DNA from: an uncultured Algimonas sp.
GTDB lineage: Bacteria; Pseudomonadota; Alphaproteobacteria; Caulobacterales; Maricaulaceae
Assembly (NCBI GenBank): GCA_964414555.1
Contig: CAYPWW010000003.1
Span: 59 to 64,058 of the forward strand
Reading direction: 5' to 3'
DNA length: 64,000 bases
Shown in pieces: positions 8,119-17,894 of this stretch (positions are counted from its first letter, which is position 1; each line of letters opens with the position of its first letter). Both the position numbers and the translations under genes were made by a program. The notes below the pieces were generated by a model, which was not told the origin of the DNA, did not search any database, and saw only the letters and a list, made by a program, of their open reading frames with translations.

Positions 8119-8982
8119 ATGGCCGACCTGACACCTGCAAATGATGACATCGCAATCCTGCCCAAGGAAAAAGGGGCGAAGCGGCAGATGCTGCGACGGT
8201 GGGTTCTCCGTGCGAGCTTGGCGTTGACGATCCTGGGCCCGTTGGTTTTTGTCGTTGCAGCCATCGGCTATAAACTTGGATTATTCGGGCTGGGTACTGC
8301 GTTGGGAACCTTGACGCGAGAGATTGGCCCGCTTGTCCTTATGGTTGGTGCGGTTCTAGCTGTCCTTGCCATTATTTTGGCTTTCGCGATTAAACCGCGC
8401 AAAGGTTTGGTCATTGGCCTGATCGGATTGGTTGTGCCGCTGTTGGGTTTGGGCAAACTCGCCGGGACGCAAAAGGCGGTCTATGAGACCTATCCCTTTA
8501 TCCACGATGTCACGACGGATACGCAGGACGTCCCGACATTCGGAGACGTCGTCTTGGCCGAGCGCGCGGCCGTCGAGGGTGTGAACTCCATCGATTATGT
8601 CGGTAAGAAAGCGCCGACTTTTGTCGACAAAAAGCCATCAGGCGAGAAACTCGTCTCCGCGCTGCAGACACAATATTTCCCGGAAATTCGTCCGCTCGTC
8701 CTCAGCGAAGACAAAGCGGTCGTCTTCGGCGAAGCGCTAGCCACGGCGAAATCCATGGGCTGGGCGATTAAAGCGAAAGACGCCGCAACAGGTCGCATCG
8801 ACGCGACGGATACGACCTTCTGGTATGGTTTCGAAGACGATGTCACGATCCGCATCCGTGAAGGTAAAGGCGGCGGCACGATCCTGGACGTGCGCTCGAT
8901 CTCGCGCATTGGTGGGTCTGATCTTGGCAAGAATGCAGAACGGGTTGAGGCGTTTTTGGCAAAGATGGCCGCGAACGACTAA
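8119..8982 (+). CDS. DUF1499 domain membrane protein
   Basis: Three to four N-terminal TM segments; IHDVTTD, FWYGFEDDVTIR, DVRSISRIGGSDLGKNAERV. Confidence 0.85.
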   Translation: MADLTPANDDIAILPKEKGAKRQMLRRWVLRASLALTILGPLVFVVAAIGYKLGLFGLGTALGTLTREIGPLVLMVGAVLAVLAIILAFAIKPRKGLVIGLIGLVVPLLGLGKLAGTQKAVYETYPFIHDVTTDTQDVPTFGDVVLAERAAVEGVNSIDYVGKKAPTFVDKKPSGEKLVSALQTQYFPEIRPLVLSEDKAVVFGEALATAKSMGWAIKAKDAATGRIDATDTTFWYGFEDDVTIRIREGKGGGTILDVRSISRIGGSDLGKNAERVEAFLAKMAAND

Positions 8983-9875
8983 GCCGCGTGATAGCTCTGG
9001 CGTAATCCGTCAGGGCCGTCAGCACTGACCCGCCCCGTCTCGCGCAGATGGATCATGTGTGAGAGCACACTATGCGCGGCAGCCGGATGCAGGCGCTTGT
9101 CCACATCGACATAAAGCTTGGCGACGATGTCGGTGATCTGGTTCAGACCTGAATTCAACGCGCCGAGGATCTGATCCTCACGCTTTAGGCGGTGGTCGAT
9201 ATAGGCTTGGACGAAGGGCTGAACCTCTGTGATCGCCGCACCGTGGGTCGGGCGGATAATGTCGAAGTCTCGGTCTAGCACGCGGCGCAAGCTGTTCAGA
9301 TAATCGCCCATATGCCCATCGGGCGGGGAGACGACAGAGGTGCTCCACCCCATGATGTGATCGCCGGAAAACAGCGTGTTCTCTTCGTGCAGTGCATAGC
9401 AGAGATGGTTCGACGTGTGGCCGGGCGTATGGATCGCTTCCATTTTCCAGCCATCGCCTCGGATGACGTGACCATCGCGGATTTCCACGTCAGGCTTAAA
9501 CGTCAGATCATCGCCCGCTTCCAACCTAACTTCGCCGTCTGTTGGTGGGACCGGCTGAACGCCAAAGCCATAAACCTGACAGCCATGTTCGCGCGCGAGC
9601 GGGGCGGCCATGGGGCTGTGGTCTAGGTGGTGGTGGGTCACGAGGACATGGGTGACAGTGCGGCCCTCTAAGGCGCGCGTCAGCGCAGCGCGGTGTTTGG
9701 GCGTATCCGGGCCGGGGTCGATGACGCAGACATTTTTATCGCCGATAATAAAGACACCCGTACCAGTATAGGTGAACGGCCCGGGATTATCCGCAATGAC
9801 ACGTTGAACCAACGGGCTTAGCTGCGCCGCTACGCCGTAATCAAAGTCAAAGGTTCTGACAAAAGGGATTCCCAT
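8979..9875 (-). CDS. MBL-fold metallo-hydrolase (LACTB2-like)
   Basis: NPGPFTYTGT, THHHLDH, TPGHTSNH, SGDH, PTHG. Confidence 0.92.
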   Translation of the reverse strand: MGIPFVRTFDFDYGVAAQLSPLVQRVIADNPGPFTYTGTGVFIIGDKNVCVIDPGPDTPKHRAALTRALEGRTVTHVLVTHHHLDHSPMAAPLAREHGCQVYGFGVQPVPPTDGEVRLEAGDDLTFKPDVEIRDGHVIRGDGWKMEAIHTPGHTSNHLCYALHEENTLFSGDHIMGWSTSVVSPPDGHMGDYLNSLRRVLDRDFDIIRPTHGAAITEVQPFVQAYIDHRLKREDQILGALNSGLNQITDIVAKLYVDVDKRLHPAAAHSVLSHMIHLRETGRVSADGPDGLRQSYHAA

Positions 9876-10768
9876 TACAGTCGCGCTATTACGGCTTTGC
9901 GCAAGGCAAGGCCAAGGGTTTTCACTGCACGCAGTTTATGCCGCAGGGGTAGGGCCAGCGGTGGCCCCATATCCGTCTTGTTGACGTCCACAATATAAAG
10001 TCTGTCAGTCTTGGCATCGCGCAGAATATCCAATCCGCCCCAATCGAGTCCCATTGCAGCGCAAAAGGCCGAGATACGAAGGCGCTCATCTTCGGAGAAA
10101 TGCGCTTCCGGTGTGGACAGGCGAACACGCGTGTTGAGATTATCAAACCGTCGAGCCTCTGGACGTTCTTTCAAAAAGACGAGGGGGATGTCGCCAAAGA
10201 CCGTTGGGCACCGATAATCCAGCACGGTCCCATCTTCTGTCCGGTTGTCGATCAGATGTTGATAGACGCGATCTGGCTTTGCCGGAGCTGGATCAAGACG
10301 AATAACACCGTCATGGACGCCGTTGATCTCGCCTTTCTCCAGATAGGGCGCCGTCGCCGTCGCGGGGTTCAGCGAGAGGTCATATCCGAAGATCTCGCGA
10401 AACACCTCGGCCACGCGGCTCTTTGAAATATCGGTGCAGTCGCCGTTCAAGGTCAACTCTGCTCCCGTGTCTATTTGCGCACTATAGGTGCTATCGTCGA
10501 AAACGAGCGCGACGCGTGCGATGTCTTTTGCGCGGAAGCCGCCTTGGGCAATGGTAGCCCAGACCAAATACCAAGGTCGCGGGGCGACAGGTTGAAACGC
10601 GATATCAATGTCCCGCTTGCGAAAGGCGGACCGCACTGCTTCGACACATATATATAGGCCACCGCGCCAGACGTCCCACGCTAAGGCAGGGTTGAACGCG
10701 ATCTTTGCGCCGGTTGCGCGCACGCGCACGCCGCGCCAGCTCCAGTCGAAATCGCCCAACACACTCAT
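9875..10768 (-). CDS. Uncharacterised ATP-grasp-like protein
   Basis: EKGEINGVHDG, VYQHLIDN, GLDWGGLDILRD...LYIVDVNKT resemble ATP-grasp nucleotide/metal-binding motifs. Its stop overlaps the MBL start (TAATG). The start is uncertain (10768 or 10837). Confidence 0.6.
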   Translation of the reverse strand: MSVLGDFDWSWRGVRVRATGAKIAFNPALAWDVWRGGLYICVEAVRSAFRKRDIDIAFQPVAPRPWYLVWATIAQGGFRAKDIARVALVFDDSTYSAQIDTGAELTLNGDCTDISKSRVAEVFREIFGYDLSLNPATATAPYLEKGEINGVHDGVIRLDPAPAKPDRVYQHLIDNRTEDGTVLDYRCPTVFGDIPLVFLKERPEARRFDNLNTRVRLSTPEAHFSEDERLRISAFCAAMGLDWGGLDILRDAKTDRLYIVDVNKTDMGPPLALPLRHKLRAVKTLGLALRKAVIARL

Positions 10769-10804
10769 AGAGACTGGCCTATAGGCCTCGCAGGCGGGTG
10801 CAAT

Positions 10805-10833
10805 AAAAAAGCCCCGGTTTTGGCCGGGGCTTT
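10805..10833 (-). terminator. Intrinsic terminator after sppA
   Basis: AAAAAA-GCCCCGG-TTTTGG-CCGGGGC-TTT. Confidence 0.8.
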
Positions 10834-10856
10834 CCAAATTGTGATCTGCGCGTGCG

Positions 10857-12620
10857 TTATTCGATGACGGGAATATCGACGGCCATTTCCTGTCCGATGC
10901 GGACAGTGTTCTGGCGCGCGCGAATAGCGGCTTGCACTTCTGGCAAAGCGGCGATTTCCCGCAAGGTCGCCATGTCCTCGCCCATTTGCGCCGTGCCAGA
11001 GAACAGCTCTTTCAGCTGCTCTTCTGATGTCTTCTGACGCGGGAAGACTTTGATGCGGATATCGGCGTCTTCCTCGAGGCCGGCCAAGCGTTTGGCGGCG
11101 TCTAGCGCGGTCATGATACCGCCCAGCTCATCGACCAAGCCGACTTCTTTGGCTTGCTCGCCTGTCCAGACGCGACCCTTGGCAATCTCTTGCACACGCG
11201 ACAGAGGCAGGTCGCGACCCTCTGCAACGAGGGTTGTGAAGTCGTCATAGATCTCTTGCAGTTGCCCGCGATAGGCTTCGGCTTGATAGGCGCTGAAAGG
11301 CTCATCAATGGAATAGGCACCTGCGAATTCGCCGCCGACTGTGATGCCCTCGATGGTGTAACCCATCTTATCAAAGGTCCCGTCCAGCGCGACCTTGCCA
11401 CCGAACACGCCGATAGAGCCGGTGATAGTCTGGGGCAGAGCGACGATGTGATCTGCATGGGCCGAGACGTAATAGCCGCCTGAGGCCGCATATTGACCCA
11501 TAGAGATAACGACGGGTTTGCCAGCCTCTTTTGCGCGCTCTGATGCCGCGAGGATTTGGTCTGAGGCCGCAGGGCTGCCGCCGCCAGAACTGATGCGGAA
11601 GACAATGGCTTTGACTTTCTCGTCCTTCAGTGCGGCATCAAAGCCTTTCGCCAAAGTGTCACCGCCAATGCTGACGGAGGATGAGAAGATCGATCCGCCG
11701 CCGCTTTCACCTGGCAAGATCGCACCTTGGCCGCCGATAAACGCGATGGTCTCGCCGGAGAAATCCACGCCGGGGCCATATTCGGCGATATCCAGAAACG
11801 CGACTTTGTCGTTGCCAACTTTCTCACGGACGTAAGCGCGGGCTTCTTCAAAGTGGCCCAGCGTATCGACCATGCCCGCCTCAAGCGCAGTTTCTGCGCT
11901 GTGCGGCGCGGTCTGGAGGACTTGCGTGATGGCCTCGACGCTCATGCCGCGATCGGTTGCGACCTGTGCCACAGCATTATCAAACAAGGATGTCAGGTAA
12001 CTCGTCGCGGCTTCGCGATGTTCTGGCGTGAAGTCTTTTTCGATGTAGCTGTTCACGGCGTTCTTATATTCGTGGAACTGGAACAGCTGCGGCTCAGCAT
12101 CCAGCTTTTCCATGACGCCGCCATAAAACTCTGTCTCGCTGCGCAGACCAGAGATGGCCCAGCCCGTCGTGTCCTGCATCCAGATTTCGTCTGCTGCAGA
12201 CACGGCTTGATACGTCATCAGCGATGTTCCCTCAAAGCCCTGAGCATAGGCGATGACGAATTTGTCCGATGTTTTAAAGTCTAGCAGGGCCAGGCGCAGT
12301 TCTTCCGCGCTGGCGGGTGCCATGCCAAAATTCTCTGCGCGGATAAAAACGCCTTTGACCGAATCATCCGTTTTTGCGCGATTGAGCGCGTAAACCGTGT
12401 CGACAATATTGGCGGGCGCATCACCAAACAGGCTCTCGCCGACGCTATGATCCATCATGGGCTCGCGTAGATCCATATAAAGGACACGATCTGAGGGCGT
12501 GTCAGAGCCGCCAAACAACGCGCCGAGTGCGCCAAAGAAGATGCCGAGTATAATCAGAACAATGAAGAACCCGAAGATTCCGGCAATCGTGCCAAACATA
12601 GTGATAAAAAACTGACGCAT
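10857..12620 (-). CDS. sppA: Signal peptide peptidase SppA (protease IV, 67K type)
   Basis: N-terminal TM, tandem S49 domains; EYKNA, RISSGGGS, AASGGYY, ITGSIGV, GRVWTG. Confidence 0.95.
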   Translation of the reverse strand: MRQFFITMFGTIAGIFGFFIVLIILGIFFGALGALFGGSDTPSDRVLYMDLREPMMDHSVGESLFGDAPANIVDTVYALNRAKTDDSVKGVFIRAENFGMAPASAEELRLALLDFKTSDKFVIAYAQGFEGTSLMTYQAVSAADEIWMQDTTGWAISGLRSETEFYGGVMEKLDAEPQLFQFHEYKNAVNSYIEKDFTPEHREAATSYLTSLFDNAVAQVATDRGMSVEAITQVLQTAPHSAETALEAGMVDTLGHFEEARAYVREKVGNDKVAFLDIAEYGPGVDFSGETIAFIGGQGAILPGESGGGSIFSSSVSIGGDTLAKGFDAALKDEKVKAIVFRISSGGGSPAASDQILAASERAKEAGKPVVISMGQYAASGGYYVSAHADHIVALPQTITGSIGVFGGKVALDGTFDKMGYTIEGITVGGEFAGAYSIDEPFSAYQAEAYRGQLQEIYDDFTTLVAEGRDLPLSRVQEIAKGRVWTGEQAKEVGLVDELGGIMTALDAAKRLAGLEEDADIRIKVFPRQKTSEEQLKELFSGTAQMGEDMATLREIAALPEVQAAIRARQNTVRIGQEMAVDIPVIE

Positions 12621-12888
12621 GAGAGGTCCCATATACAGATGAGTGAGGCGGGCAGGGCACCCGCAAGCTATTTACTGTTTAACGATATGTCTGGCTTTTG
12701 AATAGAACACAAACCGTTTCTTCACAGCCCGTTGTCGTGTCGCAGGCAGGCTGTGTCGGCGTGCCGCGTCATCCTGTCTGTAAATTTTACGATTCTAGGC
12801 CGCAAATGCGGTTGCACTGTTTGGGACAGATCGTTATGTCCGCGTCACGCCAGACAGGATTGGCCCGATTTGGTTCGCTTGAACCTAT

Positions 12889-12962
12889 TGGGGCGTAGCC
12901 AAGTGGTAAGGCATCGGGTTTTGATCCCGTGATCGTTGGTTCGACCCCAGCCGCCCCAACCA
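12889..12962 (+). tRNA. tRNA-Gln (anticodon TTG)
   Basis: Acceptor stem TGGGGCG/CGCCCCA; D-arm AGCCAAGTGGTAAGGC; anticodon loop TT-TTG-AT; T-arm GTTGG-TTCGACC-CCAGC; encoded CCA. Confidence 0.93.
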
Positions 12963-13240
12963 GTCCGTCTGTCGTCTTTCTGTCACTTTATATAAGTACG
13001 GGCTGAACGCAGTCACTCCACTGCGCGAATGGCTTGTTTAGAGCGAGAATATTCTATATTGTGATTTTATAACAAAATGGATGACTAGGATAATCCGGCG
13101 CTCTGAAAAAAGACTGGGATAAGATTTGGAAATTTCTTGCACTGTCACGGTCGTAATGATTGATTAATAAAATTGGCCCGTGTAGGCGGGTTCCCTCAAA
13201 CGCACCGCTAAGTGTGCGAAGACTGCTTTGGAGGACGTGA

Positions 13241-14059
13241 GTGGTACAGTTTAAATACGCCCGTATTGCGCTTTGCGCTGGCTTGCTGATGAGTGCGAGT
13301 GCTGTAACGGCGCCTGCGTTCGCGCAGGACGCAGATGCGAGAGTGGCGGAATATAGCGCTTTGCTCGATCAAATCGAAGATGCGCGCCTGTCGATTGCGC
13401 AGCGTGAAGTCATGCTGGCCAATCAACAGTCACAGATCGAAGGTCTCCGCGGTGAGATCAAAGCCGTGCCGGCCGTTGGTTCCAGCCTGCGCGAAATGGC
13501 GCAGCAAATGACCAATGAAATCGAAAAGGTCATCGAATCGGACTTACCGTTCCGTCGGGACGAACGCTTTGCGCGTCTCGACTCGCTCCGGGCTGTGGTC
13601 GGAGATGCAACGGTCCCGGACTCAGAAGTCTTTCGTCGGGCTTTGTCTGTCTATGACATTGAGGCGAATTACGGCAATTCTATTTCGGCTTACACAGGCA
13701 ACAACCCGCTGAACCCGGGTGGTCGTTTGCAGGCCTGCCGTGACAACCTCGAATCCTCGCGCTGTGCTCTGAACAAGGATTTAAAAGTGCTGTTGAATGC
13801 GGGCGCGACTCTGGATGACCGTGAAATTCAGGATAGCCTGCAGGACGGTAATTACGTCCACTTCGGCCGCATGTCTTTTATCTATCTCGAACTTGATAGC
13901 TCCGAGGGTTACCGCTGGAGCACAGACGAGAGTGGTTGGGTTCCCCTGCCAAGTGGCGACATCATTGATGCGCGCCGTGCGGTTCGCGTGGCCCGAGGTG
14001 AAAGTGCCCCCGGTGTCGTCACCGCACCAATCCGTATTGATGGGCAAGCTGCACCTTAA
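13241..14059 (+). CDS. DUF3450 family periplasmic coiled-coil protein (TonB2-system associated), copy 1
   Basis: Signal peptide; DLPFRRDERFARL, EVFRRAL...E.NYG, FGRMSFIY, RRAVRVARGESAP. Confidence 0.85.
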   Translation: MVQFKYARIALCAGLLMSASAVTAPAFAQDADARVAEYSALLDQIEDARLSIAQREVMLANQQSQIEGLRGEIKAVPAVGSSLREMAQQMTNEIEKVIESDLPFRRDERFARLDSLRAVVGDATVPDSEVFRRALSVYDIEANYGNSISAYTGNNPLNPGGRLQACRDNLESSRCALNKDLKVLLNAGATLDDREIQDSLQDGNYVHFGRMSFIYLELDSSEGYRWSTDESGWVPLPSGDIIDARRAVRVARGESAPGVVTAPIRIDGQAAP

Positions 14060-14130
14060 GCAGCGTAACGAAATTTAATGACGCCGGTAAAGTCGCGCGT
14101 CTCGATAATCAGCAGACCTGGAAGGAAACC

Positions 14131-14907
14131 ATGTTAAACTCTTCAATCGCCAAGCGCCTGTTGTTGGCCGGTGCCGCCTTCGGCTTGATGGCCGGCTCGG
14201 CCCACGCCCAGCTCGATACCGCTCTGTCCGTCGCCAAGCAGTCCACAGCGGCCGCCGCAGCCTCGCAACAGCGTGTCGAACAGCTGGATGATCAGGCTGA
14301 CACTGCGATCCGCGAATATCGCGCGGTTCTGCAACAAAAAGACAATATCGAGCTCTTCGTCGCGCAGCAGGATATCTTCCGCCGCTCGCAGGTCTCTGAA
14401 ATCGAAAGCCTGCGTCGTCAGCTCGGCACGGTTGAGCAGATCAAACAGGGCATGTCCCCGATGATGCTGAAAATGACGGCCGCGCTGGAAGATAGCGTCA
14501 AATCCGATCTGCCGTTCAACCGCGCAGAGCGTCTGGCCCGCATCAACAACGTTAAAGAGATCCTCGGTAATCCTGACATCTCTCCTGCGGAACAATATCG
14601 CCGCGTGCTGAACGCCTACAAGATTGAGGTCACTTACGGCCTTGGTATCGACAGCTATGAGGGCGCGCATCCGACGAAGCCTGGCAATGTCGTGAACTTC
14701 TTGCGCTTTGGCCGCACGTCGCTTGTCTATATCTCTAAAGATGAGACAGAAATCGCCATTTACGACCTCAACGCCGACGGCACAGGGTCCTGGAGCACGC
14801 TGGAGGGCGCAGATGCCATCCAAATGCGTCAAGCCATTCGAATCGCCCGCGGTGAAGCTGCGCCTGGCCTGGTCTACGCGCCGGTCAAAGTAAGCAGCGG
14901 CACATAG
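14131..14907 (+). CDS. DUF3450 family protein, copy 2
   Basis: Signal peptide; DLPFNRAERLARI, AEQYRRVLNAYKIEVTYG, FLRFGRTSLVY, QAIRIARGEAAP. Confidence 0.9.
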   Translation: MLNSSIAKRLLLAGAAFGLMAGSAHAQLDTALSVAKQSTAAAAASQQRVEQLDDQADTAIREYRAVLQQKDNIELFVAQQDIFRRSQVSEIESLRRQLGTVEQIKQGMSPMMLKMTAALEDSVKSDLPFNRAERLARINNVKEILGNPDISPAEQYRRVLNAYKIEVTYGLGIDSYEGAHPTKPGNVVNFLRFGRTSLVYISKDETEIAIYDLNADGTGSWSTLEGADAIQMRQAIRIARGEAAPGLVYAPVKVSSGT

Positions 14908-14922
14908 GAAAGGGAACATAAA

Positions 14923-16350
14923 GTGAGCATCAAAATGAAACTTGTTACCAAAGCCACGGCAGCCCTTTTCGGCTCTGCCCTTCTTCTCACGGCGGCTCCG
15001 GCCAGCGCGCAGATCACATCGGTCGACGCGCTGCTGAACGACATTCGCCAGAACTCTGATCGGATCGCGGCGGAAAATCGCCAGCGTGAACAGCAGTTCC
15101 AACAACGCGCCAGCGAGCAATCTGCGCTTCTGAACGAAGCTCAGCGCGAATTGCGGGCCCTCGAGTCGCAAGCTGCGAATGTCGAACGCTCCTTCGCGTC
15201 TAACCGCAATCAAATTGAGCGTCTGGAAACGCAACTGCGCGCCGCGCAGGGCGATTTCGGTGAGGTCTTTGGTCTCGCGCGCTCCAAAGCGGGTGAGTTT
15301 AAAGCCCTGCTGGATAACTCGCTGATCACATCACAGTACCCTGAGCGTACGCGTGTTCTGGGTCGCATCGCTGAATCCAAAGCGCTGCCATCTACAGAAG
15401 ATCTGAACGCCATCTGGCAAACAATGCTGCAAGAAATCAAAGCGCAGCGTCAGGTCTCGACCTACACGGCGGCTGTTGCCAATATCGATGATGGTGCCAT
15501 GCAAGAAGTTACACGTGTTGGACCGTTCTCGGTCTTCACGGCCCAAGGCGCACAGTTCCTCGATTATAACGCTGCGGACGAAAACTCCGGTGAAGATGCG
15601 CCGCTTCTGTCGAAGCTGCCACGTCAGCCCGGTGGTGTTGTCTCCGCTGCGGCCAACCGCGTTGCAAGCGCTGGCGCAGGCGATCTCGTCTATGCACCGC
15701 TTGATCCAACACGGGGCGAGTTGCTGAAATCCTTCGAGCGCGTGCCGTCCTTCGTGGAGCGTCACTGGGTCCAAGGCGGTGGTATCGGTAAAGGTATCAT
15801 CATCATGGCCGCTCTGGGTGTGTTGTTCGGTATCTTCAACATCATCCGTCTGTTGCTCGTGAAAATGGCCGTCAACGGTCAGAAGCGTAAGGCACAGCCG
15901 TCCAAGTCGAACCCACTGGGTCGCGTCATGATGGCATATGAAGGTGCTGAAAATCAGGATTCGGAAACAGTTGAGCTGAAACTCGACGAAGCGATCCTTC
16001 GTGAATCGCCGAAATTCGAGTTTGGTCTCAACCTTCTCAAGCTGCTGGCCGGTTTGGCCCCGCTGCTCGGACTGCTCGGTACCGTGACGGGTATGATCCA
16101 GACCTTCCAAGCCATGATGATCTACGGAACAGGCGATCCACAGCTGATGGCTGGTGGTATCTCTGTCGCCCTCGTGACAACCATGCTGGGTCTCTATGCG
16201 GCGATCCCGCTGCTCATCCTGCACAGCTTCTGTTCGTCGCTGGCGCGTTCCATCCAAGGTACGCTGGAAGAGCAATCGGCTGGTATCGTGGCCCGTCACG
16301 TCGAAGCCCGCGGTACAGGTATCGCTGGGTCCGGAACGACGATCGCTTAA
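14923..16350 (+). CDS. TtpC-like long MotA/TolQ/ExbB family protein
   Basis: Signal peptide, coiled-coil periplasmic domain, C-terminal APLLGLLGTVTGMI...GGISVALVTT. GTG start follows a GGGA RBS. Confidence 0.9.
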   Translation: MSIKMKLVTKATAALFGSALLLTAAPASAQITSVDALLNDIRQNSDRIAAENRQREQQFQQRASEQSALLNEAQRELRALESQAANVERSFASNRNQIERLETQLRAAQGDFGEVFGLARSKAGEFKALLDNSLITSQYPERTRVLGRIAESKALPSTEDLNAIWQTMLQEIKAQRQVSTYTAAVANIDDGAMQEVTRVGPFSVFTAQGAQFLDYNAADENSGEDAPLLSKLPRQPGGVVSAAANRVASAGAGDLVYAPLDPTRGELLKSFERVPSFVERHWVQGGGIGKGIIIMAALGVLFGIFNIIRLLLVKMAVNGQKRKAQPSKSNPLGRVMMAYEGAENQDSETVELKLDEAILRESPKFEFGLNLLKLLAGLAPLLGLLGTVTGMIQTFQAMMIYGTGDPQLMAGGISVALVTTMLGLYAAIPLLILHSFCSSLARSIQGTLEEQSAGIVARHVEARGTGIAGSGTTIA

Positions 16351-16380
16351 GGCGGGGTCTAGGATAGAAAGGCTATTGCC

Positions 16381-16908
16381 ATGGACATGCTAAACCCGAT
16401 TAACGTCTATAACGGTCTCCAGGAGTTTCTGGGGACCGGGGGCAGCATCCTCTTCTACATCATGATCCTCACATTCTTTATGTGGACGTTCATTTTGGAG
16501 AGGTTTGCTTACTACCTGTTCGCGCACAAACCGCTGAAAGCGCGTTTGAAGGCGGAATGGGACGCCCGCGCGGACAAAGAATCGTGGCGCGCTGCGGCGA
16601 TCCGCGACGAGCTGATCAGCCAAGTCAAAGAGCGTACAGACACGAATGTCGGTATTATCAAGACACTCGTGGCCCTCGCGCCGCTCATGGGTCTGCTCGG
16701 AACTGTGACAGGTATGATCGAAGTGTTCGATGTCATGGCGCTGTCCGGATCATCCAATGCGCGCTTGATGGCGGGCGGCGTCTTTAAGGCGACGATCCCG
16801 ACAATGGCCGGTATGATGGCGGCTCTGTCTGGTATCTTCTTCACGACGGCTTTGCCGCGTTGGAGCGCCCGGGAAACCGCACGTTTCGCCGACGAACTAC
16901 AAGCTTAA
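16381..16908 (+). CDS. exbB: ExbB/TolQ family proton channel
   Basis: APLMGLLGTVTGMI, MAGGVFKATIPTMAG. Confidence 0.88.
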   Translation: MDMLNPINVYNGLQEFLGTGGSILFYIMILTFFMWTFILERFAYYLFAHKPLKARLKAEWDARADKESWRAAAIRDELISQVKERTDTNVGIIKTLVALAPLMGLLGTVTGMIEVFDVMALSGSSNARLMAGGVFKATIPTMAGMMAALSGIFFTTALPRWSARETARFADELQA

Positions 16909-16983
16909 AGGGTGGCGGCTCTGCCGCACTCGATTTTGAGACGACAGCCCGCGTAAGTGGGTGAGTGAAAGGAAACCCTTCGA

Positions 16984-17406
16984 ATGAGACGTTCACGCCG
17001 CAATGCCGGGGGAGATGACGCCGACGTCGACATGACCCCGATGCTCGACATCGTGTTCATCATGTTGATCTTCTTCATCGTGACGGCCACATTTTTGGAC
17101 GAAACGGGTATCGACCTGACGCAGCCACCGCCGCCGCCGGACGATATTAATACGCCGCCTAGCAATAACCCTGCGATCACAGTTTATGTTGATGGCCGCG
17201 ATTTCTGCGCCGTTGACGGTGAAGGCACCGGCTGTGACCGCGTTATCCTTCGTGTCGAGAAGCTACTGGCCGAGAAGCCAAATGCGGCTGTGATTTTGCG
17301 TATGGATGAGAAGTCCTCGCACAAAATCCTCGTCGATTTGAAAGACGGTCTGGACGCTGCTGGCCTCGCCACAAAGATCGAAGTCATCCGTGACACAGGC
17401 GCCTAA
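16984..17406 (+). CDS. exbD: ExbD/TolR family protein, copy 1
   Basis: DMTPMLDIVFIMLIFFIVT with the conserved TM Asp. Confidence 0.9.
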   Translation: MRRSRRNAGGDDADVDMTPMLDIVFIMLIFFIVTATFLDETGIDLTQPPPPPDDINTPPSNNPAITVYVDGRDFCAVDGEGTGCDRVILRVEKLLAEKPNAAVILRMDEKSSHKILVDLKDGLDAAGLATKIEVIRDTGA

Positions 17407-17486
17407 AACACTGCGTTTCCGAAGCGGGAACGCGCCAACTGATAAAATGGCTTGCAAAAGCTGTAATAATGTAACAGGGTAACATC

Positions 17487-17882
17487 ATGGCAAGACGCGG
17501 TCGCACACCGATTCCCGAAGAGGATACAGAGCTCAACATGACGCCCATGTTGGACGTCGTCTTCATTCTGCTGATCTTCTTCATCGTGACATCCGTCTTT
17601 GTGAAGACGCCGGGTGTTGATCCGAACCAGCCAGAGGCGACTCTGGATGCGGAATGGAAACCGACGATCCTTGTCGCGGTGAATGCGCAAAACGAAATTT
17701 GGATCGACAAGAAGCCTTATGCGATTGGCGAAATTCGTCCGATCATTATGTCGATCCGCGATGAGAGCCCGAAAGCCGACGCGATCATCAAGGCTGATCG
17801 GAATGCTGAAGTTGGCATCGTGATGTCGGTTCAGGAACTGATGCAGGATCTGGGTATCAATACCCGGGTCGGCACGGAATAG
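17487..17882 (+). CDS. exbD: ExbD/TolR family protein, copy 2
   Basis: NMTPMLDVVFILLIFFIVT; IKADRNAEVG. Confidence 0.9.
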   Translation: MARRGRTPIPEEDTELNMTPMLDVVFILLIFFIVTSVFVKTPGVDPNQPEATLDAEWKPTILVAVNAQNEIWIDKKPYAIGEIRPIIMSIRDESPKADAIIKADRNAEVGIVMSVQELMQDLGINTRVGTE

Positions 17883-17894
17883 TAGGAGTTTAGT

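Noticed and set aside
13040-13145. Fur or Irr iron box upstream of the TonB operon (AGAATATTCT; TTTGGAAATTTCT)
   Set aside because: The half-site spacing does not fit the Irr ICE motif (GAA-N3-TTC) or the 19-bp Fur box. A regulator site is possible but cannot be named.
12889-13240. Genomic island integrated at tRNA-Gln
   Set aside because: No integrase follows, and I saw no duplicate of the tRNA 3' end elsewhere in the window. The AT-rich stretch is better explained as the TonB operon promoter region.
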